NCBI GenBank assembly: GCA_026025795.1
Contig: JAPEUG010000170.1
Location: forward strand, 1-34,617
DNA length: 34,617 bases
Direction: 5' to 3'
DNA from: Thelocarpon superellum
Taxonomy: Eukaryota
Of this stretch, positions 12,726 through 22,045 are shown piece after piece; position 1 is the first letter of the stretch; each line of letters starts with the position of its first letter. Both the position numbers and the translations under genes were made by a program. The notes beneath the pieces were generated by a model that did no database searches, was not told where the DNA came from, and worked only from the letters and a program-made list of their open reading frames with translations.

Positions 12726-12821
12726 GAGCTCACTACTCTGATGCAATGTCGTTGATGACAATGGAGGACCACTCGAGCTCACTACTCTAATGGAATGTCG
12801 TTGATGAAAGTGGAGGCCCAC
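12726..12821 (+). repeat. Tandem duplication of a 49-bp unit (2 copies, ~5 mismatches)
   Basis: gagctcactactctgatgcaatgtcgttgatgacaatggaggaccac at 12726 vs gagctcactactctaatggaatgtcgttgatgaaagtggaggcccac at 12775. Confidence 0.9.
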
Positions 12822-14300
12822 AGCGGGAGTCAATCAGGTCGCGACCGCGGCAACGGCCGCAGCAACGGCTGCGGCCTGGTCTGATGGATCCCGACCCAGT
12901 TCGAGGTACACGCGTGGCTACCCTATCCAGTGGGCCTAGGCAGCCGGGCGGTACCTAATCATGGGCCCGCCTGACCGCACGCGGCCGACTATTGGGTGAT
13001 TACCTGGTGCTCCTGCCGCACGTCGAATCGCCGCTGGAAGCCATCCGAGTGGAGGCTGTCAGTTGCGGCCCGTCAAGCCTGTCTACACTCCCCCACCTCT
13101 ACCAATAAGCAGCAGAAACTCTCTGTATCTTAGATAGATTCCTCTGGTACTGAAGACCTTTTTGCCGATCCAGCAGGGAGTGCACCCGATTACCTACTCC
13201 ATACTCGTTCAACAGGGAGCGTCCTAGTAGCAATGCTCGTCTGCTAGTAATGAGCGTCGTCCGTCCAGACCCCAGGAATTATGGGCAAACCAGCGTCCAC
13301 TGCTCTGTTACCAAGCCAAGTACTTACGGCGTCTTATTGCGTCCGATCTGCACGTCGGAAGCAGGCGTGACGGGGTCGGCCAATGGTAGGGAGCGGTGGG
13401 GCTCACCTGAAGAATCCCAAGAACAATCGAACCGTGGTTGGATGGCTTATCAACGAAGGGTGGTGGCATGCAGTACCTGGACCTCGTACGTACCCTGGGG
13501 GATGACCACAGCAGACGCAGCGGTAGGAAGTCAGATGCGTGAGGCCGCAGCAGCAAGGACCAGGGGCCGGCAGCGTCGACGGCGTCGTCGCTCGTCCATT
13601 GACCATTGAGCGCCGGCGAAGCTGCAGCGGCCGCCGCCGCAAGAAGGCTGCAGCCTGCGGCGGAGGGTGACGGGCGAGCTGCACATCCCACTTCGCGCGA
13701 AAAGACACCCCACTTGGCGCCCGTCGCTACGGGCACGAGTACGAGCCGGAGTTTCGAGTGGGACGAGTGTGGTAGTCATGTTACTCGTGCCCACAATTAC
13801 TGCGGATCCATTGGGTACGATCGTTTAGTGCGACGTCTGCTTTGTCGCTATCGTGCACCGCTATCGCTATCGCACATGGACAAAGCTCAATTCCCGTTCG
13901 GCCGCAACGGTCGTGGATCCCTTGCGCAACCAGAGATTCAGCTAGCTGCGACGTTGGCCGAGGTACCGTCGCAGCGAACAGCGTGCTACCTTGGACTGCG
14001 TCGTCCCTCACCCCGTCCGGAGATGACTCCCTTCCGACTCCTTGTCCGCACGGCCAACGAGCGCACGGCGGTAGCACAGGGCGACGGAGAGAGGCGGACG
14101 ACTCGCGCCACGTCATGCACGGACCGTCGCTCAATCAGCAGGCTACTGCATCGCATAGCAGCGGCTGTCGGCAATGCCTATTTCATCACGTCATGTCGGT
14201 CTGGAGCTGCAGCTGTAGCAGCGAGGTTCCGGGATGAAGGCTCGACTGGCCAGTGGCAGGACGCCTGAGTCCTCCACCCTCCTGCATCCGCCATCGAATC

Positions 14301-15128
14301 ATGTCGAGCACGAACCCTCCACGAGCGCTGTTCTTTGATGTCTTTGGCACCGTCGTCGATTGGCGAAGCTCCGTCACTGACGGTCTTCACGACGCCGCGC
14401 AGCGCCGTCTGGCATCCACCGCCCCCACCGCCAACGACGTCCCTTCCGAGGTCCGTGCTCATATCACCCGCCTCAGTCGCGAGGACTGGGCCATCTTTGC
14501 CCAGCAATGGCGCGATAATTACGTTGTTTTCACGCGGACCTTTCATCCGCAGACCGGCGGGTGGGTCAGTGTGGACACGCATCACCGGCAGTCGCTGCAG
14601 TCGCTGCTCTCGCAGTGGCAACTCGATGGATTCTACAGCGACGCAGAAATCACGGAGCTGAGCCGCATCTGGCACTTCCTCACCCCATGGCCGGACAGTC
14701 CGTCTGGCCTCACACTCCTGGGGCAGCAGGGCTTCACCACGGCCACGCTCTCCAATGGCAACGTGGAACTGCTGACTGACATGGCCGAGAAGGCTGGCTT
14801 GACGTGGACGCATGTCTTCTCGGCTGAGCACTTTGGTGCCTACAAGCCTCACCCCAGCGTCTATCGCGGGGCTGCGCAAAAGCTGGGGCTTGCAGAACAG
14901 GAGTGCGCCATGGTGGCGGCGCATCTGTTCGATCTCAAGGCCGCCAAGAGTTGTGGCCTGCAGACCATCTACGTCGAGCGCGACGGTGAAGAGGAGTGCA
15001 GTGCGGCCGAGATACAACAGGCGAGGGACGCTGGGTGGGTCGATCTGTGGATTGGGCGTGAGCAGGGAGAGGATGGCGTGTTGACGGTCGCCGAAAGGCT
15101 CGGCGATGCTCCTCGACCGCCAGGCTGA
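14301..15128 (+). CDS. Haloacid dehalogenase type II-like HAD hydrolase (275 aa, intronless)
   Basis: HAD motifs FFDVFGTVVDW, TLSNGN, YKPHPSVY, MVAAHLFDL; first in-frame ATG at 14301. Confidence 0.92.
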   Translation: MSSTNPPRALFFDVFGTVVDWRSSVTDGLHDAAQRRLASTAPTANDVPSEVRAHITRLSREDWAIFAQQWRDNYVVFTRTFHPQTGGWVSVDTHHRQSLQSLLSQWQLDGFYSDAEITELSRIWHFLTPWPDSPSGLTLLGQQGFTTATLSNGNVELLTDMAEKAGLTWTHVFSAEHFGAYKPHPSVYRGAAQKLGLAEQECAMVAAHLFDLKAAKSCGLQTIYVERDGEEECSAAEIQQARDAGWVDLWIGREQGEDGVLTVAERLGDAPRPPG

Positions 15129-15181
15129 CGGGGCGATGGAGGCGGGATGCCGTGCCATCATCCGTCTATGCTATGTACAAC

Positions 15182-16823
15182 TCAGACACTGATGGTCTTG
15201 AATAATCTGCCAGAGAATTAGCACATGTCGGACGCGCTCGTGGCCCATCGCGTGCGCGGCGAGGTTGGACCAACTCACCCAAATCCCGCGCCACCGGTGC
15301 CCATGATGCAGCCGGGGATCTGCGGATGCCAATGGGCCTCTTTGACCATCTCCATGTAATGCACGAAGAGCAGCTGGGGCGGCACGTCGGCGACACCCGC
15401 CGTCTCACGGCTCTCCTCGTCGTCCAGCTCGACGGCCAAGTCCCACAAGGTAATGGTGTTGTCGGCCGCGGCGACGGCGAGGACGGAATCATCCTGGGGA
15501 TGCCACTCAATGGAGGTGATCTGCTCGCGGTGAAAATCGAAGCTCGCCACCGCGCTGGCCTGTGGGCTCGATGGCTGCGCCTTCCACTGCCGCAGATCCC
15601 AGACCGCCCACATGCCGTCCTCGGCACCCGTGGCCAGCAGATGGGCCGTCTGGTGGGACCAGGACATGACATTGACGTCGGTGGTGGAGATGGGTACGCT
15701 CAGCGCAGCCGAGTGACTCTTGGATCGCACGTCCCAGATCTTGACGGTGCCATCACTGCTGGCTGATCCGAAGACGTTGCGCTCCGTCGGTGACCACTGA
15801 ATCTCCTCGACACTGCAGCTATGACCGGTGAAGGGACGCGTATCCGTCACCCAGCCACCACCGTCGGTCCGAGTGGTGAGGAAAATGTGGCCGTCGTTGT
15901 CGCCTGTCAGCAGTTTCCCTTGTGGTACCGTTGGCGACCAATCCAGCGCATAGCCCTCGGTGCCCTTGTGGACGCGTACAGTCGAGATGGGCCTGTTTTG
16001 TTGGGGAGTGATGATGGTGCCCGGGGTGTCGAAGGAGGTTAAATGGGGGGTGACGTCGTGGATGAGGACTTCACCTGCCTCGGTCATGGCGGCGGTGAAG
16101 GTGGTGGGGGAACGAGAGGTATCGCTCCGAGGCAGTTGGTGGGCTCGAATTCGATTGGTTGTGGATGGGAGGGGAATCGACTTGGACTCCAGGATTGGGT
16201 CAGCGTCTTCGTCATCGTCATCCTCTTCTGAATCATCTCCTTCCCGTCCTTGGTCCATGCGGCCTAATCCGCTCAGCTTCATCACCATGAGCTCGTTCTC
16301 TAGTTCCCGGCCGCTCTCTGCCTGGGTTCCTGCTACAGCGTAGAGGGTTGCAGGGTAGGTCTTCCGGTCACTCCCCAGGTTGTCGTGTATGATGTCAAAG
16401 GACAAACATGGCCAGGTGGTCGTTAGGGTATGGAGCATCTCGTAGGTCGAGGGGTCAGGCGCCAGCGTCTCGCCGGCCGCCAAATGATGTCGGGCGGGCA
16501 TGAAGGTGTCTTGATCAAGATGCATCTCGCCTGCGGTGGGGGATCAGCGTCTGGGTCGAGATGGTTACATCAGGATCAATTCTCCGTGGGCCGCTGGACG
16601 CAGTGAAGTGGGACTCACTTTCTCGCTCTTCCGCTTCTCTTTCGTCGTCCGGTCGCCCGTCGACGCCGGCTTCGAAGATTTCATCTTCGCTCTCGTACTC
16701 ATCTTCGAATTCGTCCTCAAACTCGCCCATGTTCTCATCTTCCACTTCGGGTCGAATTGGTCTCCCACCGCTTTTGAGGGCATCGATCTCGCCATCGATA
16801 GGATCCGCCGCCCGCTTGCCCAT
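15182..16823 (-). CDS. RRB1: Ribosome assembly WD40 protein Rrb1/GRWD1 (493 aa); exons 16823-16619, 16530-15279, 15206-15182
   Basis: Acidic N-terminus, DPSTYEMLH..WPCLSFD, EGYALDWS, SVEEIQWSP, PPQLLFVH, C-terminal FKTISV. Introns 16618-16531 and 15278-15207 are canonical. Confidence 0.95.
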
Positions 16824-16867
16824 CGCGACGTGCGCAGGCTCAAGCTGTTGACGGTCGTGGCGTGAGA

Positions 16868-16912
16868 AGCGGTCGTAGACCGAGCGGACGTAGACCGAGC
16901 GGACGTGGAGCC
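16868..16912 (+). repeat. 15-bp tandem repeat x3 (AGCGGACGTAGACCG) in RRB1 5' region
   Basis: Copies at 16868, 16883 and 16898 (the first has one mismatch, the last is degenerate). Confidence 0.85.
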
Positions 16913-17028
16913 GGTGACCCGTCAGAGCGTTCTGTGGTCATACCGGACAATATCGCTACTCGTACCTCGTCGTACGTGCAGTGTGGGGCAACTTTTTCCA
17001 CGTCACGTCGGCGGTCGTGTCGATCTAA

Positions 17029-17036
17029 CTCATCGC
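17029..17036 (-). promoter_or_regulatory. PAC element (GCGATGAG) upstream of RRB1
   Basis: Plus-strand CTCATCGC about 210 bp upstream of the RRB1 ATG; RRPE-like TGGAAAAAGTT (minus) at 16990-17000. Confidence 0.55.
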
Positions 17037-17280
17037 TTTACTTAGGACCCTCGCGCCGAAGCGAGATGTATCGGCGGCGGCGGCGGCCAATCAGGGCGCG
17101 CCGCCGAGACGCACCTGGGTGCCTGGGAGCGTGGCTAGAGCGCCCGCTCAGCTTCAGATGCAAAGTAGTCCTTGACAGGCTCTGGTGGGTAGGGAGTGCT
17201 CCTCCAAGAGACGAGAACGCGCCAAGTCACACCACGGATAACGGACGAGGGACGACGGGCAACGGACACTACAACGCCGT

Positions 17281-17329
17281 GATCCGTGATCCGCGATCCA
17301 TGATCCGCGATCCGCGATCCGTGATCCAT
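17281..17329 (+). repeat. Heptamer tandem repeat (GATCCRY) x7
   Basis: gatccgt gatccgc gatccat gatccgc gatccgc gatccgt gatccat in the RRB1/SPG1 divergent promoter. Confidence 0.9.
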
Positions 17330-17776
17330 CCATTCTCTTCGCCTTCCCTTTGCTCCCGTCCTGCGCCCCTCCTTATTGGCCAGGTCTGCCATCATCGTTG
17401 GCCAAGCACAGAATCCGAGATGTTTGCCCTCTGATGACGGCCGCTGTCCACTCCCCACCCACGATTGCCACACGGATACCCACCCTCACTTGCACCCCTC
17501 AGCGCCTTCGACTTGCCACGACGCACTCCTGCTGCTCCGCCTCGAGACTCGAGACGCGTGAGAATTAGATCCTCGCGTCGGCCGACCCCAGCATACGATT
17601 CGAATCTCCCATCTCGCTCGCCTAAGCATCCCCCACGCCCCACTGGTGCGGTTTACCCAGTGCGAGGGACTTCGAAACAAAGTGGTGGTGGGACTCGAGC
17701 AGAGCCAGCCTTCTGTGTGACGGAGATTCATGGTTGGTTGAAAGCGTCGCTCGGTCCTCCAGGCACCACCATTACG

Positions 17777-18896
17777 ATGGCGTCCGATCACCCGATGGAC
17801 GGGGCGGACGACAGCATCTATGCCGCGCCCAAAGGGTCTTTCAACAACGGCTATGGCAATGGGCCGTCGCAGCAAGCGCGCCATCACCCTTCGCAGGCCA
17901 GCGACTTCGGCCCGTCACATCACACCTTCTCACCGCCGCCAGAGAGCGACCCATCGGGCCGATATCCTTCGCCCAACACCTACGCGCCCTCGCAGCAGCA
18001 AGGGCTCGCACGCCCGCCATCGAGCCTGGCGGATGCGGATGACGCGCGATATGGGTACGGCTCCGGTCTCGGTGACAATCGGGGGACGGCCTACCAAGAG
18101 CAGAACGCACGGTCATCGGCCCAAGCGGCGGAGCAGGCGGCCAAGAACAAGAACAGTGTGGTGATCAAGGTCGGCATGGTCGGGGACGCACAGATTGGCA
18201 AGACCAGTCTCATGGTGAAATACGTCGAGGGCAGTTGGGATGAAGACTACATTCAGACCTTGGGTAGGCTCGGGTCCGTTGGGCCCCAGGAACGGCGGCG
18301 CTGACGCGTAGCAGGGGTGAATTTCATGGAAAAGACCATCTCCATCCGAAACACGGAGATCACCTTCTCCATCTGGGACTTGGGCGGTCAACGGGAATTC
18401 GTCAACATGCTGCCGCTCGTGTGCAACGATGCGGTCGCCATCCTCTTCATGTTTGATCTGACGCGCAAGAGCACGTTGAATTCGATCAAAGAATGGTACC
18501 GACAAGGACGAGGCTTCAACAAGACCGCCATCCCGTTTCTGGTCGGGACCAAGTACGACCAGTTCGTCAGCTTTTCTCGAGAAGAACAAGAGGAGATCTC
18601 GAATCAGGTATGCTGTGCTCTCTTGCGCCTCCGGCCTTGCCTGGCTCATCGTTTCTAGGCCCGTCGCTTTGCCAAAGCCATGAGAGCGAGCTTGATTTTC
18701 AGCAGTACCAGTCACAGCATCAACGTGCAGAAGGTACGGAGTGAGATGGAGCATGTCGCGCACACGATCCGTGGGCCCTGCTGACCACCCATAGATCTTC
18801 AAGATCGTTCTATCGAAAGCCTTCGACTTGAAGTGCACCATACCCGAGATTGAAAATGTGGGAGAGCCGCTGCTCCTCTACCAGTCCGTGGCATAG
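17777..18896 (+). CDS. SPG1: Septum-promoting/mitotic-exit GTPase Spg1/Tem1 (318 aa); exons 17777-18263, 18315-18607, 18659-18733, 18795-18896
   Basis: [10 protein letters not shown]-loop, [12 protein letters not shown] switch [31 protein letters not shown]; three canonical introns, in frame. Confidence 0.96.
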
Positions 18897-19787
18897 ATCA
18901 AGCGAGGAGGCTAGAATGGAGCGGATCCGGGAGACGTGCGCTGCTCAGCCTGCTGGTTAAGGACGAGACATCCGGCTGCCCGGCAAGCTTGTGTGGAAAG
19001 GGCGGTGTCGGAGAACGGAGGGAGATGGTCCGATGTTCATCTCAGCTCTGACTCATCTTCTGTTTGCCTACTGTCAGGCCCTGTTCCTCTCGGCCTCTCT
19101 TGCATGTCTCACTAGGTGGTACGGGAAGCAATTGCGTAGGATGGATCACGACGGGTCAGTTAAGGAGCACTTGAGGCGTCGAAGCTTCCTTTCTTCATTC
19201 TCTCTCTAGAGAGAGACGACCCCGAGCACAGAAACGAGTTTCCGCGGGTATCGGGTCAGCACGATACTTCCGTCAGGATAGTGGAACCTGCAGCAGCGCC
19301 GGCTGGTGGCGTCGAGGCGGGGAGGCGGAAGGACTGAAGGTCGGACAACTGAAAGTCTGACGACGCGGTTGCGGCGTCTACCAGCTGGCCCAGTAACGTC
19401 AGCGCCCATTCCACGCCGAATGACTCAATTTAATCTTCCGTGCCGTCTCGGCAAGGAGGATGCATCCATCCTTGAGTTTACAAGTCGAGGAAGAATCTCT
19501 TCATTTCCGTTCACGGCCCTCTTGACGCGATGGTTGACCAGCGACTCTCAGAGTGGCGCAGTTCCGACCCCACCCCGACGCTGACCAGCACCCTGGTCAA
19601 CCACACGTCGACCAGGGACTGCGGTGTCCCTCACCCTGCCATCCGACTATTCAAGCCCGAGACCTGCCCGGCATCGACGAGAATGAGGAGTAGACGGCCA
19701 TGAGCATGATCTGGGTCTGACATTCACTCGGATCCGCCGGTCGATTGTGTGCTGCCTGTCGTCGATTCTTCCATCGATCCGCGTGCA

Positions 19788-21851
19788 ATGGCGGAAGAAG
19801 CACCTCCGCCCAGGTCGATCTCGGCGCGCATCGCCGCGTTGCAGTTGGGTCAAGTGGGCCGAGCGCCCAGTGCCACGCCGGCATCTCCTTCACGCAGCCC
19901 TGCCCCACCTCGGCCGCCGACCAGACCAGCCACGGTCCGGCCGGCGCTGGACGATCGACGGAACACGACGAACAATCCTCCGATACATACGAATGGAACG
20001 ACAGGAGGACAGAGGACGGGGAACAGGCCGATTGGCGCGCGAAACAATGGTATCTTGCCACCGCCGAGCATCAATTGCACCCATGTTGAGGATGAGCAAA
20101 CCCCCAAGCCCTCCCCGCCGCAGCTACCTGCGAGGAGGGGGTCGGCGCAGCCCTCGCCCAGCCTGCCCCCCCGACGACCATCAGACCACTTGACGAGTCG
20201 GCGAGGGTCAAATGATTCCCTTTCCTCGGCCGTGTCCAATGTCTCATCGGTCTCTGCCTTGTCGATCGGTACGGGGACCACCTCCGCTTCACGATCACCG
20301 ACGACGGAGCAGACGAGCGGTCGCGTCAAAGCGCCAGTCTATAACCCGTCGACCCTCCCGGTGCTGCCGCCCAAACGGAGTGACACAGACGACGGACGGG
20401 GGCGTACTCTGCAGAAGTCGGCCCAGGCGATCATATCCGTCAAGCCTCCTCCATTACCCGCAAGAGCGTCACCTCCACCTCCCCGACTACCCGCACGTCG
20501 GGCCGAGACTGTCGACCTAGGTCGACGGCTGCCGCCGAATCAATCTGCGCCCGCACCGACACGATCTGCCCTCTCGCTGGGGCTTAACCAATCCACAGAG
20601 AAGCCTCCGCCCACGCCCGCTCGACCTAATGCCACCGCCGCCGCTCCCACCGCAGAAGAAGGCACGGCTACCCCTCCACCGATCCCCTTGGCCTCGAGGC
20701 CATCCGCTGCCCAGATGCAAGCCGGCCGACGGCCGGTAGCAGCTGAGCAAGCTACAAGCTGTCTCAGATGTCGCGATTTCTCCGGCCCAGACGCCCATGC
20801 TGCCCGCTTCCCGCGGCAGGCGGTGCAATCGTCCTCGGTCGACTGGCTGTCGCAGCAGCTGACGGCTCCGTTCCCCAGCGCCACCGATAAAGCGCGCGTC
20901 ATCTTCACCTGGCTCCACCACAACATCGAGTACGACGTGGCCAGCTTCTTTGGCAACAGCGTCGGCCCATCGACCCCGCAATCCACCATTTCCACGGGTC
21001 TAGCCGTGTGCGAGGGATACGCCGGATTGTTCTGCGCGCTGGCGGCCAAAGCGGGTCTCGAAAGCGTTGTGCTCGGAGGCCATGGCAAAGGATACGGCTT
21101 TGCGCCACCAGCTCCTGGGTCGGCTATCCCGCCGTACTCAGCAGGGCACGCGTGGAACGCGGTGAAGATCGACGACAAGACGTGGAAGCTGGTCGACCCA
21201 TGCTGGGGCGCCGGCGCCGTCAACGGACCTGACATACCGTACATCAAGGCCTTTGCACCCACCCACTTCACCATGACCAACAACGACTTCGGGCTGCGTC
21301 ACTTCCCCGAAGACCGGCGCTCCTTCTTCCGTGAAGACGGCCGGACGCCGAGCTGGGAAGCGTACATGAGCGGGGCGGACGACGACGCGGGCGGCGACCC
21401 GGTGCAAATCATGACGGCGGCACCAGGGAAGTACGGACTGAGCGAGACGAGCTTCACGCCACGACATCGCACGATTGATGTCTCCCATGCCGCCACCGCC
21501 GCCACCAACACCGCGAACTCGGCCCTGCGGTTCCAGTTCCGCAAAACCTGCGCACACTGGAACCACGCGACCATGAGCGGGGGCTTACCGTACGTTTTCG
21601 TCCTGGGAATCCAAGGGCCGGGCGGCAACAAGCCAGACTACGTCCCGTTCGCGCACCACGCGGATTACAGCGCATGGTGGTGCGACGTGCCGATGAGAGA
21701 GCTAGGGCGCGCGGGCCAAACCGTCTCCGTCAACGCCGTCACCACTATCGACGGTCGAGACGCGCGCGGCTGGTCAAGGCAGGATTATCTGGCCGCCAAG
21801 GGTCGTAAGAGTATGGCATGGGAGGGCGTGGCGGTTTGGTCTTTGGTGTAG
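19788..21851 (+). CDS. Pro-rich transglutaminase-like (kyphoscoliosis peptidase/Cyk3-type domain) protein (687 aa, intronless)
   Basis: KARVIFTWLHHNIEYD, AVCEGYA (Cys), GHAWNAV (His), LVDPCWGAG (Asp); N-terminal ~320 aa are Pro/Ser-rich. Confidence 0.88.
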   Translation: MAEEAPPPRSISARIAALQLGQVGRAPSATPASPSRSPAPPRPPTRPATVRPALDDRRNTTNNPPIHTNGTTGGQRTGNRPIGARNNGILPPPSINCTHVEDEQTPKPSPPQLPARRGSAQPSPSLPPRRPSDHLTSRRGSNDSLSSAVSNVSSVSALSIGTGTTSASRSPTTEQTSGRVKAPVYNPSTLPVLPPKRSDTDDGRGRTLQKSAQAIISVKPPPLPARASPPPPRLPARRAETVDLGRRLPPNQSAPAPTRSALSLGLNQSTEKPPPTPARPNATAAAPTAEEGTATPPPIPLASRPSAAQMQAGRRPVAAEQATSCLRCRDFSGPDAHAARFPRQAVQSSSVDWLSQQLTAPFPSATDKARVIFTWLHHNIEYDVASFFGNSVGPSTPQSTISTGLAVCEGYAGLFCALAAKAGLESVVLGGHGKGYGFAPPAPGSAIPPYSAGHAWNAVKIDDKTWKLVDPCWGAGAVNGPDIPYIKAFAPTHFTMTNNDFGLRHFPEDRRSFFREDGRTPSWEAYMSGADDDAGGDPVQIMTAAPGKYGLSETSFTPRHRTIDVSHAATAATNTANSALRFQFRKTCAHWNHATMSGGLPYVFVLGIQGPGGNKPDYVPFAHHADYSAWWCDVPMRELGRAGQTVSVNAVTTIDGRDARGWSRQDYLAAKGRKSMAWEGVAVWSLV

Positions 21852-21900
21852 GGGTGGGACGAGTCATGGCGTAACGGCCCTGGGGTAGTCGTGTCCATTC

Positions 21901-21936
21901 AGGTCCAGGTCCAGGTCCAGGTCCAGGTCCAGGTCC
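21901..21936 (+). repeat. (AGGTCC)6 hexamer microsatellite
   Basis: Six perfect units in the 194-bp gap between convergent genes. Confidence 0.95.
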
Positions 21937-22045
21937 GCGTCCGGGTCTTGGACATCCGGGGATCTCTCTAGTTTGGCGTGGCGTGGCGAACTGTGACATG
22001 CAGGCAGCGAGATTTCTCCACGATGATGGCAGTAGTATGCCGGCG

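Noticed and set aside
12726..12821. CRISPR-like array
   Set aside because: Only two adjacent copies, no spacers, eukaryotic context, no cas genes
12877..12910. tRNA-like A box (TGGTCTGATGG) and B box (GTTCGA)
   Set aside because: Boxes are too close for a cloverleaf and no acceptor or anticodon stems are visible
9113..14300. Many 60-220 aa ORFs; also telomerase RNA candidate
   Set aside because: Arg/Pro/Ala-rich ORFs typical of GC-rich non-coding DNA with no motifs; no TAACCCTAA-type template seen
14301..15128. Horizontal transfer of the intronless HAD gene
   Set aside because: Type II HADs are widespread in fungi and composition matches neighbours; lack of introns alone is not evidence
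15126..15221. Stop-codon readthrough (TGA-CGG) giving a cryptic peroxisomal HAD isoform
   Set aside because: The extension ends in ..LPEN*, which is not a PTS1, and it overlaps RRB1 antisense
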